Below, in pieces: positions 58,951 to 64,000 of a stretch of 64,000 nucleotides of DNA. Position 1 is the first letter of the stretch. Every line of letters starts with the position of its first letter. This DNA comes from Spirochaetaceae bacterium (lineage in GTDB: Bacteria > Spirochaetota > Spirochaetia > WTKD01): the NCBI GenBank assembly GCA_011524535.1, contig WTKD01000013.1, forward strand, positions 77,371 through 141,370, in the 5' to 3' direction. The notes under the pieces are model-generated. The model was not told the DNA's origin. It searched no databases and saw only the letters and a list, made by a program, of their open reading frames with translations. The position numbers and the translations under genes were made by a program.

Positions 58951-60679
58951 TATATCTTCACATTGGAAATTAGCACTCGAACATTCGATTGTTTCGGTTT
59001 CCGGCTGGCGTTTCCATACAAATAGCGAAAATCCGAACCAGGAAAACTCCACTCTATCCCCGCAAATCGTTCAATTGGTGTATATCATCGCCAAGGGCTA
59101 TGTACAATTCGCAAAAGAAGAGCATATATCTGCCGTATTACTTGGAAGAGATACACGTCCAAGCGGAATCTATATCCAGAAGATTGTTCAAGCTGTCCTC
59201 GTTGAATCCGGTTTGCAGGTTCTTCCTCTCGGTATCGTCGCCTCACCAGAACTGTCGTGTTTTCTACAGGAATGTTCCCAGGCGGATGCCTATGTATACC
59301 TCTCAGCGAGCCATAATCCTATCGAATACAATGGGTTTAAATTTGGAGATGGAGAAGGGTCTATCATAGACAAATCGACGGTAACGAGACTATACGAATG
59401 TGTGCATACGGCGGGTGATGAATATATCGGCATTCAGCAGAGGATCAATCTCCCAACGGAAGATGCTCTTTTAGATCCACGATGGAAAAAGGAGAGTTAT
59501 GAATCTTATATCCGAATGGTACATGAATATACTTCTACCCAATACAAAATAGATTCAACAAAAACCACTAAGGATGATCCGCTACAAACACATATACTCA
59601 TAGATTACAATGGCAGCGCTCGCTACCAAAGCATAGACAAGGAGTGGATAGAAACCCTGGGGTATGTTCATCGGGGCATGTATGAACAGACCATACAACA
59701 CGAAATCATCCCGGAGGGAGATTCCCTCCATGACGCAGCTCGAACACTCGAAGCTCTCAACAACGAGGAAATCGATGCTCCCTGTGCATACGTTTATGAT
59801 TGTGATGGGGATCGCGGAAATATAGTGCTCCATGATGGCAATAGAGCAAACTACCTGGATGCGCAAACTCATTTTGCTTTATTGACCTATCTAACGCTTG
59901 TACAAGCAAGGGAATCAGAAGAAGCCATCGTTGTGGTAAACGGAGCTACCTCACATCGCATTGAAGACATTGCACACATGTTTGGAGCATCTGTCTTTAG
60001 AACCGAAGTAGGAGAGAAAAATCTTCTCAAAGCCGTTGAGACTTTGCGGATACAAAACAAGAAGGTCATAATCATCGGCGAAGGATCAAATGGAGGAGCC
60101 ATGCTGCCTTCCTGCAAAATGAGAGACCCCTTGGTTTCTCTTACTACTCTTCTGACATTTATGAAGAGGCAACAGCTGACAAAACAAAACCACTTTGTTT
60201 CTCATGCCAAAGAAATCGCGTGTGTTCTGCAAAAAATACCGTCGTATCTTACGACAGAATCAAGCAACGTTGAATCTTATTTGCGCATGACTGGGCGCGT
60301 TGCCCTTGATCTGCATACACAATTTCAAAATAACTTTTTGTTGTGGTGGCAATCATATAGGCATATCCTGCTGGAAACACACGGCATACATCACTATATG
60401 GTAAAGAAATTCTTGGGAAGCGATAGTTCTTCTGGGTGGTCTTCAGACGCAGAAGATAATCAAACGGGCGGGCGATCGGTGTATTTCTATGATGCCGCTG
60501 ATGTTTTTCTGGGGCGAATATGGTATCGCGCTTCGGGGACAGAGCCTGTGTACAGGCTGGTAGTAGACATCCCCTATAAAGATCAATTATCGAACAAACT
60601 GTACACAACACTACATGAATGTGTCACAACTCTATTGAAAAGATCTATCTCTATCCCGAGTAAAAGTGGTCAAACCTAG
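58934..60679 (+). CDS. Alpha-D-phosphohexomutase family protein (phosphoglucomutase/phosphomannomutase-like)
   Basis: Phosphoserine motif SASHNP, metal-binding DCDGDRG, sugar-binding region. 581 aa. Confidence 0.75.
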   Translation: MNLTIDISSHWKLALEHSIVSVSGWRFHTNSENPNQENSTLSPQIVQLVYIIAKGYVQFAKEEHISAVLLGRDTRPSGIYIQKIVQAVLVESGLQVLPLGIVASPELSCFLQECSQADAYVYLSASHNPIEYNGFKFGDGEGSIIDKSTVTRLYECVHTAGDEYIGIQQRINLPTEDALLDPRWKKESYESYIRMVHEYTSTQYKIDSTKTTKDDPLQTHILIDYNGSARYQSIDKEWIETLGYVHRGMYEQTIQHEIIPEGDSLHDAARTLEALNNEEIDAPCAYVYDCDGDRGNIVLHDGNRANYLDAQTHFALLTYLTLVQARESEEAIVVVNGATSHRIEDIAHMFGASVFRTEVGEKNLLKAVETLRIQNKKVIIIGEGSNGGAMLPSCKMRDPLVSLTTLLTFMKRQQLTKQNHFVSHAKEIACVLQKIPSYLTTESSNVESYLRMTGRVALDLHTQFQNNFLLWWQSYRHILLETHGIHHYMVKKFLGSDSSSGWSSDAEDNQTGGRSVYFYDAADVFLGRIWYRASGTEPVYRLVVDIPYKDQLSNKLYTTLHECVTTLLKRSISIPSKSGQT

Positions 60680-61935
60680 GAATGTTTTTTCGCCCATAAT
60701 GAAACAACATTGACCGTACTAGCAATAGATTTCTCAAAAGCAGCAACAGATAACCATTCTTTTGGTCCATGCAGTTCATGACCTCCAGTAAACATGTTGA
60801 CAAGGCCTATTCCTTTTTCTGCAAAATGCGCTCCATCGGTCCCCCCTCGAATAGGGGTATTGTGCGGAGTGACGCCCGCTTTTTCGATTGCTTCTTTCAC
60901 TATTTCCAATAATTCTGGATGTTTTTCCAGTGTTGCTCGCATATTTCGATATGACCATTCAAATGAACATTCAATTCGAACCCCAGGAAAAGAGTTTTCG
61001 ACTGCTTTTGCGATTGTTTTCAACCTTTCAATGCGTATATACATATTTTCTTCCGAAAAATCGCGTACCAAAAGTGTTAGAGTTAGGTCCGTCATAGTTC
61101 CGTCGATATGAACAGGGCAAAAAAATCCATCTTTTCCCTCGCTTGCCTCTGGAAATTCGTTCCCTGGAAGCAAACTCATCAACGTGTTCACCAATTGTAT
61201 TGCATTCACCATTTTGTTTTTTGCACTACCAGGATGAACAGCAACCCCATGGATATGAAAATGGGCTGTGACCGCGTTGAAGTTTTCATACTCGTATAAT
61301 CCCATCTCTTGACCATCGACCGTTAACCCACACCGGGCTTCTATGTGTTCGAGTGGCACATCTGCTATCCCCCGAGCAATCTCTTCGTCGGTATTGAATA
61401 CGACTTCAATTGGTCCGTGAGGAATATTCTGTGATTCAAGAATCTGCATGACTGTGCATATTGCAGCTAATCCCGCTTTGTCATCGGAGCCAAGAAGCGT
61501 TGTTCCATCTCCCGTGATGATATGAGTTCCCACATAGCGCAAAAGTTCTTTGGAGTCTTTTGGGTCAATCACGACATCGTTTTTCAAATGGATTGATGAT
61601 CCATCATATTCATATATATGCTGCGGTAAGACCCCTTTTCCACTACATTCAGCCGCGGTGTCCATATGTGCACACAGTACAAGGGGCGGCACATTGGAAC
61701 ATGGACCTCTGGAAGAAAATTTTGCAACAAGGTTTCCGTTTTTTTCGAATATTTCTTTTGCTCCCAATACTTTTAGATCTGAAGAAAGGATTTTCGACAA
61801 TTCCAACTGACGAGCGGTACTCGGTGAGGACGTTGATTCCCCATCGGATGTCGTCCATATTTTTGCATATCCAACAAACCTATCCACCGCCTGCGAAAGT
61901 ATCTCAGGTGAAACCGAATTCTGTATTTCTTTCAT
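60676..61935 (-). CDS. pepT: Peptidase T (tripeptide aminopeptidase, M20B)
   Basis: N-terminus aligns with PepT (RFVGYAKIWTTSD), metal-binding HMDT/D ... E motifs. Start at MKEIQ (61935); the longer track ORF is rejected. Confidence 0.8.
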   Translation of the reverse strand: MKEIQNSVSPEILSQAVDRFVGYAKIWTTSDGESTSSPSTARQLELSKILSSDLKVLGAKEIFEKNGNLVAKFSSRGPCSNVPPLVLCAHMDTAAECSGKGVLPQHIYEYDGSSIHLKNDVVIDPKDSKELLRYVGTHIITGDGTTLLGSDDKAGLAAICTVMQILESQNIPHGPIEVVFNTDEEIARGIADVPLEHIEARCGLTVDGQEMGLYEYENFNAVTAHFHIHGVAVHPGSAKNKMVNAIQLVNTLMSLLPGNEFPEASEGKDGFFCPVHIDGTMTDLTLTLLVRDFSEENMYIRIERLKTIAKAVENSFPGVRIECSFEWSYRNMRATLEKHPELLEIVKEAIEKAGVTPHNTPIRGGTDGAHFAEKGIGLVNMFTGGHELHGPKEWLSVAAFEKSIASTVNVVSLWAKKHS

Positions 61936-61948
61936 ACAAATATGATAC

Positions 61949-62824
61949 ATGATAAAATATAAATACAAAATGGAACTGCAATCGACGGTTGATTGCGAGA
62001 TGACGCATGCCATAGAACACCGCTTGAACGCATTGTCCGATGGGTTTGCAGAATTTTGCACCAGCAATATTTTTCTTGTGCGTCACACATACAATTTTTC
62101 AATTGTATGGAATCGCCCCTTGGAGATATACGGAGTAACAAACAACAAACGATTTGTAACGTTTCCCGAAGATATTCCAACCGCCAAGCGATTGAAAGAA
62201 ATACTCCCCCACATCGATTTCATACGAGCGATCCCCGAACGTTTGATCGAACATCCTTCGCTCAAGGAACATGCATTAGACTGCGAAGAAGATATTGATA
62301 ATCACGAATATATATATAGGCGAGAAGACCTTGCAGAATTATCCGGAAGAAAATACCACAAAAAGCGAAATCTAATAGCTCAGTTCAAAGATCGTAGGGA
62401 ATACATAGTGAAACCCATCAATGAAGATACGCGAACCGATGCACTGGATATTTTGAATACCTGGCACAAACTCAGTGATAACGACGCCGACTATATTCCT
62501 GCAAAAGAAGCTATCTTGTACCAACACATGCTCAAACTTGAAGGATGGATACTCTACCTAAAAACCACACCCGTTGCCTATACCCTAGGAGAAACGATTC
62601 CCAATACGAACACCTGGGCCATGCATTATGAAAAAGCTCTCATTTCATATAAAGGAGCGTTTCAGGTAATCGATATGGAAACCGCGAAACATCTGCCAGC
62701 GACTATAGAGTATATAAATAAGGAACAGGATCTAGGGAAACCGGGGTTACGCCAAGCAAAAGAGAGTTATCGCCCTGTGTCCTTTGTGAAAAAATTTACA
62801 TGTGCAATAAAAAATGAAAAATGA
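61949..62824 (+). CDS. Hypothetical protein, tentatively DUF2156/LPG-synthase-C-like (GNAT-fold)
   Basis: 291-aa ORF. A weak C-terminal pattern (GLRQAKESYRP) resembles the DUF2156 family. The real start may be Met8 (61970) or Met18 (62000), because 61949 is only 13 nt from the divergent pepT start. Confidence 0.35.
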   Translation: MIKYKYKMELQSTVDCEMTHAIEHRLNALSDGFAEFCTSNIFLVRHTYNFSIVWNRPLEIYGVTNNKRFVTFPEDIPTAKRLKEILPHIDFIRAIPERLIEHPSLKEHALDCEEDIDNHEYIYRREDLAELSGRKYHKKRNLIAQFKDRREYIVKPINEDTRTDALDILNTWHKLSDNDADYIPAKEAILYQHMLKLEGWILYLKTTPVAYTLGETIPNTNTWAMHYEKALISYKGAFQVIDMETAKHLPATIEYINKEQDLGKPGLRQAKESYRPVSFVKKFTCAIKNEK

Positions 62825-64000
62825 CACCGATTACCTAAGGCTATTTTCAGAAGAGCAGCGCAGACACCATACTGCAATTATCGCATCCCTAACCCAAAAA
62901 AAACCTTTTCTGTTTGTACTGGATGAGGAGAATTATACAGATTCACACAAAGAGTATTTGCTTACCACATTTCAATTCGACCTTCCTGGGATAGTGTCTT
63001 GTGAAACAGGTATTATTGCCTCTTGTGGGTTTCATATACAAGATGGAACCGTTGTTCTTAAATCATTTGAACGAGAAAAACGAGGGATTTCTTTTTTTAG
63101 CATTCATACCGATCTCACCAACTATCAACGGAATATCGATGCCTTGCACAAAAGATTGCAGAACTTTGCAGGTCATCTCAGTAATGCTTTTCGCACAAGA
63201 GAGAGTATTTTTATCCCTGTTATCCAATCCATTTCAGAAAGCCTTGAAGCAATAGAAAATATAGAAAAAAGCGCCCAGCCTATCTTAGTGGATCTTGAAC
63301 AGACAGATACACACCATATCTCCGTACAGGTACACGCAGAAGATACCAACTTTTTTCTTTTTTTTGTAACATACGGCCTCTATATACTAAATATCTCGAT
63401 AGAATACATACATATTCGCACCGAAGGAACCCAAATAAATGATTCCTTTATTGTTCATGACCCGCAACTGTCAAAAATAGATTTTTCTGAAAGAAAAAAA
63501 ACCATTTCTCTCGTTATTCTCCTCACAAAGCAGTTAAGCCAAAATTTAAACGCCGCACCTGATATCGGAAAAGCCCTGGCACGATGCATGCAAATCATCC
63601 AAGATGCTGCAACAAGAAAGGCAACATATTTCATACAGGATCTTCTTACAGAACAAGCAAAGCAGAAGGATTTGGCTACATTATTGGGATTCAGCGATTT
63701 TTTATGGGAGAATTTTCTTCGTCAACAATATGAAACCTTGCGTACAATCTTGGGACAATCTCATTCCCCCATATTACTGAGCGCACAGTCTGATGAATTA
63801 TGTGATCGATTGGACGATTATATTGGAGAGGCCGAAACAACCAAACAAAGAATAGATCTCATCAACAAATTTAAAGATCAAGAAAATTTCCTCATTGATG
63901 TAGACCATATCCTCCACAAGAATTTGAATTTCTTCTTTCTCAGCGAAAGATTGACAACCCTGGCCGATACGATCATCACCTACATTGCGAATACACAATG
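62814..64000 (+). CDS. Partial CDS (3' end beyond window): putative regulatory protein with ACT-like segment followed by a GlnE/GlnD-type nucleotidyltransferase-associated region
   Basis: Frame 62814 is open to the window end (>395 codons), so it is absent from the stop-delimited track. The segment LINKFKDQENFLIDVDHILHKNLNFFFLSERLTTLADTII resembles the GlnE/GlnD N-terminal helical region. An earlier beta-alpha-beta-beta-alpha-beta-like stretch may be an ACT domain. Confidence 0.3.
   Translation, partial: MKNDTDYLRLFSEEQRRHHTAIIASLTQKKPFLFVLDEENYTDSHKEYLLTTFQFDLPGIVSCETGIIASCGFHIQDGTVVLKSFEREKRGISFFSIHTDLTNYQRNIDALHKRLQNFAGHLSNAFRTRESIFIPVIQSISESLEAIENIEKSAQPILVDLEQTDTHHISVQVHAEDTNFFLFFVTYGLYILNISIEYIHIRTEGTQINDSFIVHDPQLSKIDFSERKKTISLVILLTKQLSQNLNAAPDIGKALARCMQIIQDAATRKATYFIQDLLTEQAKQKDLATLLGFSDFLWENFLRQQYETLRTILGQSHSPILLSAQSDELCDRLDDYIGEAETTKQRIDLINKFKDQENFLIDVDHILHKNLNFFFLSERLTTLADTIITYIANTQ

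Noticed and set aside
63001-63255. 84-aa plus-strand ORF in the ORF track.
   Set aside because: It is in a different frame from the >395-codon open frame (62814 to window end), which has far better coding character; it is a shadow ORF.
1-64000. Scanned for tRNA/rRNA genes, CRISPR arrays, IS elements, integrases and long inverted repeats.
   Set aside because: I found no T-loop-like GGTTCGAATCC-type cores in a tRNA context, no spaced direct-repeat arrays, and no transposase or integrase-like ORFs.

Overview
64 kb of a densely coded bacterial chromosome with no rRNA, tRNA, CRISPR or recognisable mobile element. GC is moderate to low, around 40% by eye. The taxon looks spirochaete-like: the topoisomerase IV pair is a 599-aa ParE with a short ~637-aa ParC, the known Borrelia/Treponema-type architecture. 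Gene content in order: 5'-truncated PPP-family phosphoesterase; riboflavin cluster on the minus strand (ribD, a riboflavin-synthase/DHBP-synthase fusion, ribH); TAXI-type TRAP transporter (solute receptor plus fused 4TM/12TM permease); trkA-trkH-alkD-like operon; ychF; a raffinose/melibiose-type sugar ABC uptake cluster (SBP, two permeases, GH36 alpha-galactosidase); a small accessory-looking patch (tandem PhnB/VOC protein, DUF1761, GNAT, RadC-like, DUF1801); flavodiiron protein, yaiI, manA and a GT2; a full oppABCDF operon; parC-parE; three co-directional poorly characterised genes (about 590-aa hypothetical, FAD/NAD(P) oxidoreductase, small secreted/membrane protein); ligA; a rhomboid-like pseudoprotease coupled to prfA-prmC-relA/spoT; a tight bioY-ecfA-ecfT-trmL-proC-serS-neuB-like run; acnA; hisI-msrB; sirtuin cobB; a phosphohexomutase; pepT; and two further poorly characterised genes at the right edge. 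The stand-out feature is a single 1115-aa ORF (53455..56802) that fuses a 2-oxoacid dehydrogenase E1 alpha, E1 beta, a lipoyl domain and a KAS III (FabH-like) condensing enzyme with an intact Cys-His-Asn triad. It lacks an E2 catalytic domain and is preceded by a tandem 16-bp direct repeat in the divergent promoter region shared with acnA. All calls are from motif recognition by eye; no database search was possible.
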